Both the position numbers and the translations under genes were made by a program. A model generated the notes under the pieces. That model searched no databases. It saw nothing but the letters and a program-made list of their open reading frames with translations, and was not told the origin of the DNA. From contig JAVBOA010000006.1 of NCBI GenBank assembly GCA_031551135.1, forward strand, positions 17,502 through 81,501: 64,000 bases of DNA, read 5' to 3'. Shown piece by piece: positions 30,838 through 42,134 of this stretch; position 1 is the stretch's first letter, and each line of letters opens with the position of its first letter. The stretch is from Eubacteriales bacterium. GTDB taxonomy: Bacteria > Bacillota > Clostridia > Lachnospirales > JAITVM01.

Positions 30838-31374
30838 ATGAATATTTATGATTTCACGGTTAAAGATAACAAAGGAAATGATGTTTCTTTAAAAGAATAT
30901 CAAGGAAAAGCATTGCTGATTGTGAATACAGCGACAAAATGCGGCTTAACTCCGCAATATGAAGAACTTGAGAATATTTATCAAAAATTTAAAGACAGAG
31001 GCTTTGAAGTTCTGGATTTTCCATGCAATCAATTTTTGAAGCAGGCACCGGGCAGCGACGAGGAAATTGAAAGCTTTTGCACTCTGAAATATAACACTAC
31101 GTTTCCTCGTTTCAGCAAAATAGATGTAAACGGCGAAAATACCCACCCTCTTTTTAAATATTTGAAATCCGAAAAGCCAAAAGAACTTTTTGACAAAAAG
31201 GCCGCTTCTTTTGAAAAGAAAGTAAGATTGTTTAATAAAATCAAATCGGATTCGGATATAAAATGGAACTTTGGAAAATTCCTCATTGATAAATCCGGAA
31301 ATGTTGTTGAACGTTATTCTCCGGCATATGTACCGGAAGATTTAATTAATGATATTGAAAATTTATTAAATTAG
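30838..31374 (+). CDS. Glutathione peroxidase (Cys type)
   Basis: LIVNTATKCGLTPQY, FPCNQF and WNFGKFL are the three GPx signature blocks. Confidence 0.92.
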   Translation: MNIYDFTVKDNKGNDVSLKEYQGKALLIVNTATKCGLTPQYEELENIYQKFKDRGFEVLDFPCNQFLKQAPGSDEEIESFCTLKYNTTFPRFSKIDVNGENTHPLFKYLKSEKPKELFDKKAASFEKKVRLFNKIKSDSDIKWNFGKFLIDKSGNVVERYSPAYVPEDLINDIENLLN

Positions 31375-31389
31375 TTTTATTGGTGATTA

Positions 31390-31418
31390 AAGGCAGAGAC
31401 AATCTCCGCCTTTTTTTA
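31390..31418 (+). terminator. Rho-independent terminator after the peroxidase gene
   Basis: AGGCAGAGA / TCTCCGCCT stem (one mismatch) followed by T7. Confidence 0.6.
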
Positions 31419-31473
31419 TGTGTTAAGTTTTTTGTGTTTAGTAATTTTTTAATATAAATGAGCAATCGATTAT

Positions 31474-32745
31474 TCATACAGAAAGTGTTTTTATTTTCTT
31501 AAACAATATATATTCTGAAACCTCATTGTAGATAGAAATTTCCTTTAGGCAAGAATCGATTTTAATCTCAAATTCCTCTAAATGCTCAAGAATCTTGGGA
31601 TCATCGATATATTTTTTTACTAAATAAGCAGCGGTTGCCGCCGTGCAAACAATTTCGAACGAGTCATTATATTTCAAATAAATATCATATAAAATTTTAT
31701 AATTCTCAGCAAGATTTTTAAAATCATAATTTTCAAAATAAATTCCGATAAAGCTAAAAATCAATTTAGAATACTCCAACGCATTAATTTCACTATCAAA
31801 TTCTTTATATATTTCCTTCATCTTTGATAAAATATTAAGTTTTGCCTCAAAATCCAATTCAAAAAAAGATAAATTCAATAAGGCTTTTGAATATTCTTCA
31901 GAAATACTTTTGCAAGGAAAATTTTTATATAAATCAAAGAATTTATTTTGGATATCAATATCCGAAGGTTTATCTTTTATCAATGTCAGATTAAATAGCA
32001 TTTTTGCGTATTCTTCTGCGATCTCTACAGAATAATATCTTATATAAAGTTTTTCCAATATATAAAATGAATTTATTTTTTCTTTTGTCGAAGATTGGAT
32101 TATAAATAGATTTATGATTGATTTAGCGTAAAATCCAATAATCTCATTATGTGGAAAATCCGAAATTAGATTTTCGAATTTTTCTACAAGCAAAAATAAA
32201 TCTTTTGGATTTTTATTTATCGCGCTGATATTAAAAAGCGTTTTGGCAAATTGGAGAGCAATTATTTCGTTTTTAAAATCATTATAAAGCCTTTCTATTT
32301 TTACGATTGTATATTTTTTATCAGAGATGGATTTTTGTACACAAGAAAAATTTACAATTGCTTTCGAAAATTCAACCGCAATATCTTCAAGCTTAAATTT
32401 ATTATATATATCATCAAAATCTTCCATTACATCAAAAATATCCCGCAATTTAGTCTGCTTTATAGTTATATTAAACAGGACTTTTGCATATTCACACGCA
32501 ATAAAATCAATTTTATTTTCTTTGTAAAGCCTCTGCATTTTTATCAGTGTATCTTCCCTATTTTCCAAACGCTCTTGAAACGCAGATAGATTTACAAGCG
32601 ATTTTGCATAGATAAGCAAAGTGTAATTATTTTCTTTATGAATTTCAAATAATTTGTCCGAATATTTCGATATTTCTTTTTCGTCTTTCGATTCTGATAA
32701 AGAAATAAATATTTTTTTCGCGTCATTATTTATTTTTTCATTCAT
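31474..32745 (-). CDS. Cytoplasmic helical-repeat protein of unknown function (about 8 tandem ~40-aa repeats)
   Basis: ATG 32745 after AAGGAA. Recurring motif [EF][YF][AS]K.[LI].N[LIF] (IYAKSLVNLS, EYAKVLFNIT, EFSKAIVNFS, QFAKTLFNIS, FYAKSIINLF, EYAKMLFNLT, EYSKALLNLS, EYSKLIFSFI). Very AT-rich gene. Confidence 0.6.
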   Translation of the reverse strand: MNEKINNDAKKIFISLSESKDEKEISKYSDKLFEIHKENNYTLLIYAKSLVNLSAFQERLENREDTLIKMQRLYKENKIDFIACEYAKVLFNITIKQTKLRDIFDVMEDFDDIYNKFKLEDIAVEFSKAIVNFSCVQKSISDKKYTIVKIERLYNDFKNEIIALQFAKTLFNISAINKNPKDLFLLVEKFENLISDFPHNEIIGFYAKSIINLFIIQSSTKEKINSFYILEKLYIRYYSVEIAEEYAKMLFNLTLIKDKPSDIDIQNKFFDLYKNFPCKSISEEYSKALLNLSFFELDFEAKLNILSKMKEIYKEFDSEINALEYSKLIFSFIGIYFENYDFKNLAENYKILYDIYLKYNDSFEIVCTAATAAYLVKKYIDDPKILEHLEEFEIKIDSCLKEISIYNEVSEYILFKKIKTLSV

Positions 32746-32909
32746 ATAATCATTCCTTAAATTCCGTTTATAATTAATTATATGAAAGAAAATATATAAT
32801 TTTGACTCATATCGATTACAATCAAGAAAGAAAGCGTTTTGAGTGGTCATTGCAAAACAAACGGCTCAACAGACATAAAGCTGAGGAGCCGCTTGTTTTG
32901 ATTTTTTAT

Positions 32910-35558
32910 TTATTGATAAAGCCGGCCGGCGGAATCAGTGATTCTGTAAAGCTCGACTTCCATAACGTTAGGTTCACCGGGCTGACCGGCTTTTGTTTGA
33001 TGTTGTGTAGTTATTAAAAGACGAAGATATTTAGTTTTTACAGGAGCATTCAAGACCATCGTCTCCTCGTTTTGCCCGTTATTGCGTAATCCTGTATATT
33101 TTTGTGCAGTCACCCAATTGATTCCATCAAATGAGGTTTGAAGCGCAATTTCATTAATACGGTTTCCGTCTTTGCCGGGATCTTCATATAATTTGACTTT
33201 ATCAAAAACTACTTCTTCCGGAAATTTATAGGCTAACCACGTTGGTTTATTACCAATCAGTGTTGCTGCCCATTTCTTGCCATTACTTATACTGCCGTCA
33301 ATAGTATTTTGAGGTAGGTATGCGTTGCCATAGTTTCCGCTGTCAGCAACCATTACGCCATCCCAAGGCAATTTGTCAGTATATCTTATATTAAAGTCAT
33401 AATAAGCCATAGAACCGTTTTCAGCGATAACTTTGGCATAAACATGCTTTACTGTACCTTTTGTAAAAATAAAATTTGATGTAATTTGACTAAAAGCATT
33501 GTCACTGTAAAGCTCAACGCTTTCACCGCCAATAATAAAATCAGATTTTGTCAGCGATTTTTTGTAAATATTTAAATCTTTGGCAACAGGAGCAGTTTTT
33601 GTTCCCTTTGATGCAATTTTACTTGTGTCTATGCCTGCAACAGATTGAATAGTTTTATTATCATCAAGGTTAATTTCCAGCATTACGCTTGATGCAGTAG
33701 CGTAACCATCCAAGTTTTTACCCAAAGTTCCAAAGAAATGCGTAAGTACTCCATTCTTTATCAAAACCGCCGGTCGTTCAAATTTAGCCGTGTCACCGTT
33801 ATATACTTCTACTGCGCCGACAGTCGGCCATTTTATGTAATCTTTAATCAATCCAAAACCGATTTCAGCATCCGCATATTTAAATGTAACACCATTGTCG
33901 TTGGATTTCCAAAGTATTCCATAACCTAAGACACCTGTATTGCTTCCGCTGTTATCGGTACTAAGAAGATAAATTTTATCCTTCCATTCAAAAACTGTTG
34001 CATCCTCGATATAACCTTTATTTTGGTCTATTGATGGAGCATCCTTCAATCTATATGGCCCTTCCAAAGAAGCGGAATATGCGTATCCGTATCTCATTGC
34101 CGAATTTTGTGCTTTGCCTGCCTTGAAATAAATACGGTATTCATTGCCGACTTTTATAATATCGTGGTTATCTACACCAACAACGGAATCATAAGTCCAG
34201 TGTGACGGATTTGCAGACGGTGCCACAACATAGCCTTTTGAGCCGCCTGCCCATTTCCACGGGCCGTTAATGCTGTCAGACAGCAAAAGCGCAATTTTTT
34301 GGCCTTTTACACCAGAATATCCGGAATTTTGAAGAATGAACGTCAATGCATATTTGTTATCAATTTTTTTAATTCTCGCATTATGAGGCGCGTAGCCCGG
34401 CAAATCTGTAATAACAGCATTCGGCTGCTGATTTATGGGATATTCTACGCTTGGATCACTCAAAATAGTTTCCACATATTTAAAAGGGCCTTCCGCATTA
34501 TCTGCTACCGAATGTATAATCTGACCCTTTGAAGCCCAATTGTTCATGTTTTCACGCCAACGCGAAGTAAAGAGATGAAATTTACCGTCCACTTCTATCG
34601 GAGAAACACACCAATTAAACCATGTGTCATCAGAGAGTGTAGGCCCTTTATATGACATTTTTAAAGCCATCGGATTATACGGCATAAGCAAAGCCTTACC
34701 TGATGCACTATCGAGGCATATGTCATTAAGTGCTTTTGGAGTCGGAACATTTACTTGATTACTCTCAGAAATTGCAGTTTCCGAAAGTTTTGCCGTGACA
34801 AGAAAGCGGTATTCCGAAGCAGGTGATAATCCGCTTACCTGATATTTTGTTGTACCGGCCGGTAAAGTTGCCAGTTTTGTCATTTTGCTGACATTCAAAT
34901 TCAGAGCAGCGGGAGCAAAATATACATTATATTCCTTTGCTGCAGCGTCGTTCCAATAAAGCTTAACGCCATCTGAAACAATATCATAATATTTTAATTT
35001 TAAAGGCTGAACCGCAACCGCATTGGGATCATTATAAACTTCAATTTCATTAAAATTAAATCCGCGTGAATCACCTAAAAACTTTAATCTTAGATAGCGC
35101 GCGTTTGCCGGAATATCCAATAAAATTGTTTTGCAGTTTAGAGATTTATCAAAATTCACTGTAGTATATTGAGCGGATGACAAAGCCGAACTGCTTGCAG
35201 CATATGTATATGCTATACCTGTTATACGGCGCAGGTCCGAATTATTTGGTTCATAAACATCTATCTTGTTAAACTCTTTATTAGTACCTAAATCGAGAGT
35301 TATAGAAACACCGTCAGCCGCATATGTTGCATAACGGTCAAAGGGGTTTACCGGTTGCCGTACACCATCAAAAGCAAATGTCATTTTTAAATCCAAGCCG
35401 CCTTGATTATAATGCGGAGCAGATTCGGTATATGCAGTCAATCCACGCACTAAATTAACAGGTTCCGCAAAAATTTGCATTACCGGCAAAACGGGTAATA
35501 CCATACAAAGGGAAATAAGTAAAGATTTATATTGTTTTAGTCGTTCAAGCATTTTCAT
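32910..35558 (-). CDS. Secreted multidomain carbohydrate-active protein (discoidin/F5-8C-like domains at both ends, FN3-like domain, beta-propeller glycoside-hydrolase-like core)
   Basis: Signal peptide. The terminal domains end in FNEIEVY and VMEVELY, as in F5/8 type C modules. The FN3-like segment has EYRFLVTA. The central part has FHLFTSRW and repeated aromatic/Gly blade-like motifs. Visibly higher GC than its neighbours. Confidence 0.6.
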   Translation of the reverse strand: MKMLERLKQYKSLLISLCMVLPVLPVMQIFAEPVNLVRGLTAYTESAPHYNQGGLDLKMTFAFDGVRQPVNPFDRYATYAADGVSITLDLGTNKEFNKIDVYEPNNSDLRRITGIAYTYAASSSALSSAQYTTVNFDKSLNCKTILLDIPANARYLRLKFLGDSRGFNFNEIEVYNDPNAVAVQPLKLKYYDIVSDGVKLYWNDAAAKEYNVYFAPAALNLNVSKMTKLATLPAGTTKYQVSGLSPASEYRFLVTAKLSETAISESNQVNVPTPKALNDICLDSASGKALLMPYNPMALKMSYKGPTLSDDTWFNWCVSPIEVDGKFHLFTSRWRENMNNWASKGQIIHSVADNAEGPFKYVETILSDPSVEYPINQQPNAVITDLPGYAPHNARIKKIDNKYALTFILQNSGYSGVKGQKIALLLSDSINGPWKWAGGSKGYVVAPSANPSHWTYDSVVGVDNHDIIKVGNEYRIYFKAGKAQNSAMRYGYAYSASLEGPYRLKDAPSIDQNKGYIEDATVFEWKDKIYLLSTDNSGSNTGVLGYGILWKSNDNGVTFKYADAEIGFGLIKDYIKWPTVGAVEVYNGDTAKFERPAVLIKNGVLTHFFGTLGKNLDGYATASSVMLEINLDDNKTIQSVAGIDTSKIASKGTKTAPVAKDLNIYKKSLTKSDFIIGGESVELYSDNAFSQITSNFIFTKGTVKHVYAKVIAENGSMAYYDFNIRYTDKLPWDGVMVADSGNYGNAYLPQNTIDGSISNGKKWAATLIGNKPTWLAYKFPEEVVFDKVKLYEDPGKDGNRINEIALQTSFDGINWVTAQKYTGLRNNGQNEETMVLNAPVKTKYLRLLITTQHQTKAGQPGEPNVMEVELYRITDSAGRLYQ

Positions 35559-35624
35559 TTCTCCTCTTTTTAATTTTTCTTCTATGCGTAATTATTATAT
35601 ACAATTTTAACACAGAACGATTAC

Positions 35625-35660
35625 ACAAAAAATAATGACCACAAAATAATGGTCATTATA
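35625..35660 (-). terminator. Rho-independent terminator after manA
   Basis: ATAATGACCA / TGGTCATTAT stem, followed on the minus strand by TTTTT. Confidence 0.65.
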
Positions 35661-35690
35661 TATCTTTTTGTAATTTAATTGAGCAATCGG

Positions 35691-36623
35691 TTATTCATGA
35701 GGATTAGAGCATATAAATTCCAAATTACCTTTTATTTTGATATCTCCAAAATTAGCCGGAATAATAAACGAATCGCCTTTTTTTACCGGCAAATCGTCTA
35801 CAAACCCCTCGCCGTTCACGACTGTGGCATTTGTAAAGATATCCATATTTCCCAAAGTACTTGAGCCATCAAAAATAACATGCCAAACATCGTAATAGTC
35901 GCAAGAATAAATCCCCGGATCTTCATTAAAATTTTCGATTTTACATTCGTCCATCTCAAATGGCGTTTTTATTACATCCAGAGATTTTTCTATATGCAGT
36001 TCCCGCGTCTTGCCGTTCACGATTCGGCCATAATCATAAATCCGGTAAGTAATATCCGAATTTTGCTGAGTTTCTAAAATCATAGTTCCGCCTTTTATAG
36101 CGTGCACGATTCCAGGATTGATTTGAAAAAAATCACCTTTTTTTATTGGAATGACATTGATTAAATCATCCCATTTCTGCTCATCAATCATAGATTTTAA
36201 TTCAGCTTTTGTTTTGGCATTGTGTCCGATTACAATTTCCGCGTTTTCTTTGCAATCCAAAATATACCAACATTCGGTTTTTCCAAGAGAATTATTTTCG
36301 TTTTTCCTCGCATAATCGTCATCCGGATGAACTTGAATACTTAAATCCTCTTTTGCGTCAATCATTTTTATTAAAAGCGGAAACTTTTCTGATTTTATAT
36401 CACCGAAAAGATATTTATGCTCCTTATAAAGTTCCGATAATTTATATCCTTTAAATTGACCGTTTTTTATCAAACAATCTCCGTTCTCATGCGCGGAAAT
36501 ACACCAAGCCTCGCCGATATTTTTCAAATCGGATTCGAAGCCGAATTTTGTTTCCAAATTATTTCCGCCCCAAGGCATTTCTTTAAATATAGGCTCTAAA
36601 AAAAATAATTCCAAAAAAATCAA
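35691..36623 (-). CDS. manA: Mannose-6-phosphate isomerase, class I (Bacillus type)
   Basis: PIFKEMPWGG, SIQVHPDD, ECWYIL and HAIKGG motifs. Confidence 0.85.
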   Translation of the reverse strand: MIFLELFFLEPIFKEMPWGGNNLETKFGFESDLKNIGEAWCISAHENGDCLIKNGQFKGYKLSELYKEHKYLFGDIKSEKFPLLIKMIDAKEDLSIQVHPDDDYARKNENNSLGKTECWYILDCKENAEIVIGHNAKTKAELKSMIDEQKWDDLINVIPIKKGDFFQINPGIVHAIKGGTMILETQQNSDITYRIYDYGRIVNGKTRELHIEKSLDVIKTPFEMDECKIENFNEDPGIYSCDYYDVWHVIFDGSSTLGNMDIFTNATVVNGEGFVDDLPVKKGDSFIIPANFGDIKIKGNLEFICSNPHE

Positions 36624-36639
36624 CTCCTAAGACAAAAAC

Positions 36640-38313
36640 CTAATTATCGCTATCCAAAACCATTTCGTCAATTCCGGCACCCGGCGAAACCATCGGATAA
36701 ACATTTTCGTTATTATTAATTTCGCAATTTATAACGCAAGGTCTTCCGCATTCCATCGCTTTTTTAATAATATCATCGACTTCCTCGTTTTTCGTTATCG
36801 TAAAAGCTTCTGCTTTATAAGCATTCGCAAGTGCAACAAAATCTGTTGAGCGGTTCAAATCGGTCTGCGAATATCGTTTATCATAAAAGAAAGATTGCCA
36901 TTGTCTAACCATACCCAAGCTGTGATTATTCATAATTACCACAATTACAGGAACATTATATTCAACAGCAGTCGCAAGCTCGATATTATTCATGCGGAAA
37001 CAGCCGTCGCCGGTAATGCTGAAAACAAATTTGTCCGGATTAGCAATCTTTGCACCGATTGCCGCACCAAGACCAAAGCCCATTGTACCAAGTCCGCCCG
37101 ATGTCAAAAACGTTCGTGGGTATTTCAATTTTACATATTGGCACGACCACATTTGATGCTGTCCGACATCAGTTACAACGACCGCTTCCCGATTCGATAA
37201 TTCGGAAATACGCTCCAATATATACTGCGGCTTTAACCGCCCGTCAGTTTTATAGCCAACAGGATATTTTTCTTTAATTGAATTTATATATTCATTCCAT
37301 TCTTTGTGGTCTTGCTGTTCGATTGCAGCGTTTAATTCCTCTAAAACTTCTTTTACATCGCCTACAATATCACAAAATGTCAAAATATTCTTATCGATTT
37401 CGGCCGCATCAATATCTATATGAATTATTTTAGCGTTTCTGGCGAATCTTTCAACATTCGAAACAACTCTATCCGAAAATCTTGCGCCGATAGCAATTAA
37501 TAAATCGCATTCTGTAATTCCTGTGTTTGAAGTTTTTGAGCCATGCATACCAATCATACCCGTAAAATATTTATTATCGGAAGGAATAGCCCCCAATCCC
37601 ATTGTACTAAGTCCAATCGGAGAATCGGTTTTTTCCACGAAATTCAATAATTCTTGACTTGCGCCGGAAGCGATAACTCCACCGCCTGCATAAATAAATG
37701 GTTTTTTTGATTCCTTAATCAAATTTGCAGCCAATTCTAAATTTTTACTGCTGATTTTCTTTTTAGGAATTTCTGTTTCGCTTGGGTCAAACTTTGTATA
37801 TTCACAAATTTGCGCTGTAATATCTTTCGGAATATCTATCAAAACCGGTCCGGGTCTTCCTGATTTTGCAATATAAAAAGCTCGGCGAATAATATCCGCC
37901 AATTCATTTACATCTTTGACAATGAAATTATGTTTAGTAATCGGCATTGTTATACCGGCGATGTCAACTTCCTGAAAAGAATCTTTTCCCAATAAATTCA
38001 ACGCTACGTTTCCGGTAATCGCAACAAGCGGCACCGAATCCATATAAGCGGTTGCAATTCCCGTTACAAGATTCGTTGCGCCCGGGCCGCTGGTCGCCAA
38101 ACAAACGCCAACTTTACCCGTTGACCTTGCATAGCCGTCGGCGGCATGAGAAGCCCCTTGTTCATGCGAAGTCAAATAATGAGTTATTTTATCTCTATAT
38201 TTATACAAAGCATCATAAATATTTAAAACTGCGCCGCCCGGAAATCCAAAAACCGAATCAACACCCTGCTCTAACAAACATTCCAGTAGAATTTCAGAAC
38301 CATTCAACTGCAT
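36640..38313 (-). CDS. ilvB: Acetolactate synthase, large (catalytic) subunit
   Basis: 557 aa ThDP enzyme. GFPGGAVLNIYDAL, GPGATNLVTG and TSGGLGTMGFGLGAAIGA ... GDGCF (ThDP motif). Confidence 0.93.
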   Translation of the reverse strand: MQLNGSEILLECLLEQGVDSVFGFPGGAVLNIYDALYKYRDKITHYLTSHEQGASHAADGYARSTGKVGVCLATSGPGATNLVTGIATAYMDSVPLVAITGNVALNLLGKDSFQEVDIAGITMPITKHNFIVKDVNELADIIRRAFYIAKSGRPGPVLIDIPKDITAQICEYTKFDPSETEIPKKKISSKNLELAANLIKESKKPFIYAGGGVIASGASQELLNFVEKTDSPIGLSTMGLGAIPSDNKYFTGMIGMHGSKTSNTGITECDLLIAIGARFSDRVVSNVERFARNAKIIHIDIDAAEIDKNILTFCDIVGDVKEVLEELNAAIEQQDHKEWNEYINSIKEKYPVGYKTDGRLKPQYILERISELSNREAVVVTDVGQHQMWSCQYVKLKYPRTFLTSGGLGTMGFGLGAAIGAKIANPDKFVFSITGDGCFRMNNIELATAVEYNVPVIVVIMNNHSLGMVRQWQSFFYDKRYSQTDLNRSTDFVALANAYKAEAFTITKNEEVDDIIKKAMECGRPCVINCEINNNENVYPMVSPGAGIDEMVLDSDN

Positions 38314-38314
38314 A

Positions 38315-39982
38315 TCAAAACTTCCTTTCTATAACCGCACCTTTGTTCGCGCTTGTCACCATAGAGGCATAGCGCGCAAGATATCCCGATTTTATTTTTG
38401 GTTCAGGTTTTTTGAAATTTTGCTTACGGATTTCCAATTCCGCTTCAGATACTTCTAAATTAATCGAATAATTATTTATATCTATCGTGATAATATCGCC
38501 GTCTTTAACAAGCGCAATCGTTCCCCCAAGTGCCGCTTCCGGTGAAACATGCCCTATGCTCGCTCCACGCGTAGCTCCGGAAAAGCGTCCGTCCGTTATT
38601 AATGCAACTTTTTTATCGAGTCCCATTCCTGCCAAAGCCGATGTCGGTGTAAGCATTTCACGCATTCCGGGGCCGCCTTTCGGCCCTTCATAGCGAATAA
38701 CGAGAACATCGCCTTCTTTGATTTTATTTCCGTTAATCGCTTCAATTACCTCTTCTTCCGATTCAAAAACTCTGGCCGGGCCGCTATGCTTCAACATTTC
38801 CGGTGCAACCGCCGAACGTTTTACCACACAGCAATCAGGAGCTAAATTTCCTCTGAGTACAGCAATTCCGCCTGTTTGCGAATACGGGTTTTCTATATCT
38901 TTAATGACTTCATTATTATATTTTACAGCTTTTTTTATATTTTCTCCGATACTTTCTCCTGTTACGGTCAAACAATCCGTTTCAAGTAAATTTTTCTTAT
39001 CAAGTTCTTTCATCACGGCGTAAACACCGCCTGCCGCATCGAGGTCTTCAATATGATGATATCCCGCCGGCGCAAGTTTACAAAGATTCGGAGTTTTTTC
39101 GCTTATTTCGTTTGCTAAATTCAAGTCAATTTCATAATCAACTTCGTTTGCGATTGCCGGCAAATGAAGCATCGAATTTGTCGAGCATCCCAAAGCCATA
39201 TCAAGAGTAAGTGCGTTTTTGAAAGCTTTTTCCGTCATTATATCCCTCGGGCGGATATTATTTTTTACTAAATACATAATTTGCTTGCCGCTGTCTTTTG
39301 CAAGTCTGATTCTTTTTGAAAAAACAGCCGGAATTGTACCGTTGCCCGGCAAAGCAATCCCCAGAGCCTCGGTCAAACAGTTCATGGAATTTGCAGTATA
39401 CATTCCCGAACACGATCCGCAAGTCGGACATGTATTTTCCTCAAAATCATCCAAAGCCTGTTTATCAATTTTTCCCGAATTAAACGCGCCGACAGCCTCG
39501 AACATAGAAGATAAACTAACGCTGTTGTTTTGGACTTTTCCGGCAAGCATCGGTCCGCCGGAAACAATTATAGTCGGTATATTCAATCTTCCTGCCGCCA
39601 TAATCATTCCGGGAACAACTTTATCGCAATTCGGAATCAAAACAAGTCCGTCAAAGCCGTAAGTCATTGCGACTGTTTCAATAGAATCCGCAATAAGCTC
39701 ACGGCTTGCCAAAGAATATTTCATTCCGATATGATTCATGGCGATTCCGTCGCAAACCCCGATTGACGGAAATTCAAGCGGTGTTCCGCCATTCGCCAAA
39801 ACGCCATGTTTTACGGCTTCACAAATTGTATCCAAATGAATATGTCCCGGAATCAGCTCATTTTGAGAATTGCAGATTCCGATAATCGGTCTGTTTAGCT
39901 CGTCGTTTGTAAGACCCATTGCATTAAAAAGAGAGCGGTGAGGCGCGCGCTCCGCACCGGTTTTAATTCTGTCACTATTCAT
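38315..39982 (-). CDS. ilvD: Dihydroxy-acid dehydratase
   Basis: ATG 39982 after [31 protein letters not shown] and TDGRFSG motifs. The upstream 13-codon extension is rejected. Confidence 0.95.
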   Translation of the reverse strand: MNSDRIKTGAERAPHRSLFNAMGLTNDELNRPIIGICNSQNELIPGHIHLDTICEAVKHGVLANGGTPLEFPSIGVCDGIAMNHIGMKYSLASRELIADSIETVAMTYGFDGLVLIPNCDKVVPGMIMAAGRLNIPTIIVSGGPMLAGKVQNNSVSLSSMFEAVGAFNSGKIDKQALDDFEENTCPTCGSCSGMYTANSMNCLTEALGIALPGNGTIPAVFSKRIRLAKDSGKQIMYLVKNNIRPRDIMTEKAFKNALTLDMALGCSTNSMLHLPAIANEVDYEIDLNLANEISEKTPNLCKLAPAGYHHIEDLDAAGGVYAVMKELDKKNLLETDCLTVTGESIGENIKKAVKYNNEVIKDIENPYSQTGGIAVLRGNLAPDCCVVKRSAVAPEMLKHSGPARVFESEEEVIEAINGNKIKEGDVLVIRYEGPKGGPGMREMLTPTSALAGMGLDKKVALITDGRFSGATRGASIGHVSPEAALGGTIALVKDGDIITIDINNYSINLEVSEAELEIRKQNFKKPEPKIKSGYLARYASMVTSANKGAVIERKF

Positions 39983-39986
39983 AAAG

Positions 39987-41045
39987 CTACACCTCTTTAA
40001 TCCAATTAAATTTATCTTCAATAATTCCGTATTGAATACCGGTTAATTCATCATATAGTTTTTGAGAAAACTCACCGATTTTTCCGTCATTGATAATTAT
40101 TTTTTTGCCGCTCATATTCAATTCTCCGATTGGCGAAATAACTGCGGCTGTCCCTGTTCCGAAAGCTTCTTCAAGTTTATTTTGCTCAGCCGCTTCAAAA
40201 ATTTCATCGATTGTGATTTTTCTCTCAGTAACTTTTATTCCTTTATCCTCCAAAAGTTCTATAACTGACATTCTCGTAATACCCGGCAAAATTGAGCCGC
40301 CTAATTCGGGGGTTAAAACTTCTCCGTTTATTTTAAAGAAAACATTCATAGTTCCCACTTCTTCGATATATTTTCTTTCGATTCCGTCAAGCCACAAAAC
40401 TTGCGAATATCCCATTTCTTTGGCTTTTTCCTGTCCCTTTAAGCTAATCGCATAATTTGCAGTAGCTTTAGTAAATCCGATTCCGCCGCGAACAGCCCGA
40501 ACATATTCATCTTCTATACAAATTTTTACAGGGTTTAAACCCTCTTTATAATAAGCGCCAACCGGCGAAAGAATAATTATAAAAAGATATTCAGAAGAAG
40601 GATGCACGCCGACTCCGACTTCCGTCGCCAAAGTAAACGGACGAATATAAAGTGAAGTTCCCGGCTCGGTCGGAATCCAATCTTTTTCTATTTTAATAAG
40701 CTCGCTAAGCGCGTGTACCGCAAAATCTCTGTCTATTTCGGGAATACAAAGTCTTTCGTCGGATTTATTCAAGCGTTCGAAATTCTTTTCCGGTCTAAAA
40801 AGATTAATCTTACCATCTTTTGTTCTGTAGCATTTCAAACCCTCAAAAACCGATTGACCGTAATGCAGAACCATAGAAGCGGGGTCAAGCTCCAGAGGAG
40901 CGTACGGAACTATGCGCGGATCTCGCCATTCGCCGTCTTTATAATTCATTATAAACATATGATCGGTAAAATATCTTCCGAATCCTAAATTTTTCTGATC
41001 AGGCTTTGTTTTTAAGTTTTTACTAAGCTCTACTCTTATTTCCAT
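39987..41045 (-). CDS. ilvE: Branched-chain amino acid aminotransferase
   Basis: 352 aa class IV aminotransferase. [17 protein letters not shown] and GTAAVISP motifs. Confidence 0.92.
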   Translation of the reverse strand: MEIRVELSKNLKTKPDQKNLGFGRYFTDHMFIMNYKDGEWRDPRIVPYAPLELDPASMVLHYGQSVFEGLKCYRTKDGKINLFRPEKNFERLNKSDERLCIPEIDRDFAVHALSELIKIEKDWIPTEPGTSLYIRPFTLATEVGVGVHPSSEYLFIIILSPVGAYYKEGLNPVKICIEDEYVRAVRGGIGFTKATANYAISLKGQEKAKEMGYSQVLWLDGIERKYIEEVGTMNVFFKINGEVLTPELGGSILPGITRMSVIELLEDKGIKVTERKITIDEIFEAAEQNKLEEAFGTGTAAVISPIGELNMSGKKIIINDGKIGEFSQKLYDELTGIQYGIIEDKFNWIKEV

Positions 41046-41055
41046 AAATTCACCC

Positions 41056-42123
41056 CTAAATATTTTCTGCTATCAAATTTCCCATTTCCGCTGTGCCTAC
41101 TTTTTTTGTATTTTCTGTATAAATATCGGGTGTTCGGTAGCCGCTGTTCAAAACTTTGCTGACAGCGGATTCAATTGCATTTGATTCTTCTTTTAAATCA
41201 AAAGAATATTTCAGCATCATGGCAACCGATAAAATCGTAGCAATCGGATTTGCGATATTTTGCCCGGCGATATCCGGCGCAGAGCCGTGTATCGGTTCAT
41301 AAACTCCAAGCGAAGTAACGCCCAAGCTTGCCGACGGCAACATCCCAATAGAACCCGTAACTTGACTTGCTTCATCCGATAAAATATCTCCGAACATATT
41401 CGAGGTCAGCAGTACATCAAATTGCGACGGGTCTTTTACAATTTGCATTGCGGCATTATCAACATACATATGGCTTAATTCGATATCGGGATAATTTTTT
41501 GAAATCGAAATTAAGGTTTCGCGCCATAGCCGTGAAGATTCCAGAACATTCGCTTTATCAACGGAAACAATTTTCTTTTTTCGTTTTGCGGCGATTTCAA
41601 AAGCAACTTTTGCTATGCGATTAATTTCTTCAAACGAATACGCTTCCGTATCCCAAGCCGTTTCGCCCATTTCAGTATTTTTTCTGCCGCGTTCGCCAAA
41701 ATATATTCCGCCTGTCAATTCGCGAATCACCATAATATCAATGCCTTTGTTCGCAATTTCGGGTTTTAAAACACAAGCGTCTTTCAAAGATTCATGCAAA
41801 ACAGCCGGACGCAAATTTGAAAATAATTTCAAAGATGAACGCAATTTCAGCAAGCCTTTTTCCGGACGTTCGCCGGAATAATTATCCCATTTCGGGCCGC
41901 CTACAGCGCCTAACAAAACAGAATCGGAACTAAGACATTCACCAATCGTATTTTTCGGGAGCGGATCGTTGAATTTATCAATCGCAATTCCGCCCATATC
42001 AAGATATTTAAAATCAAATTGTTTATTAAAACGCTTTGACACATTATTCAAAACTTTAACGGCTTCATTCGTAATTTCCGGGCCGATACCATCACCGGGA
42101 AGCACAACTATATTATATTTCAA
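41056..42123 (-). CDS. leuB: 3-isopropylmalate dehydrogenase
   Basis: [26 protein letters not shown] and [12 protein letters not shown] motifs. Confidence 0.95.
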   Translation of the reverse strand: MKYNIVVLPGDGIGPEITNEAVKVLNNVSKRFNKQFDFKYLDMGGIAIDKFNDPLPKNTIGECLSSDSVLLGAVGGPKWDNYSGERPEKGLLKLRSSLKLFSNLRPAVLHESLKDACVLKPEIANKGIDIMVIRELTGGIYFGERGRKNTEMGETAWDTEAYSFEEINRIAKVAFEIAAKRKKKIVSVDKANVLESSRLWRETLISISKNYPDIELSHMYVDNAAMQIVKDPSQFDVLLTSNMFGDILSDEASQVTGSIGMLPSASLGVTSLGVYEPIHGSAPDIAGQNIANPIATILSVAMMLKYSFDLKEESNAIESAVSKVLNSGYRTPDIYTENTKKVGTAEMGNLIAENI

Positions 42124-42134
42124 ATTTACACCAC

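Noticed and set aside
29039-35558. Accessory patch as a defence or mobile island
   Set aside because: There is no nuclease/ATPase defence architecture, integrase, flanking tRNA or direct repeats. The genes have ordinary stress and carbohydrate functions, plus one unknown repeat protein.
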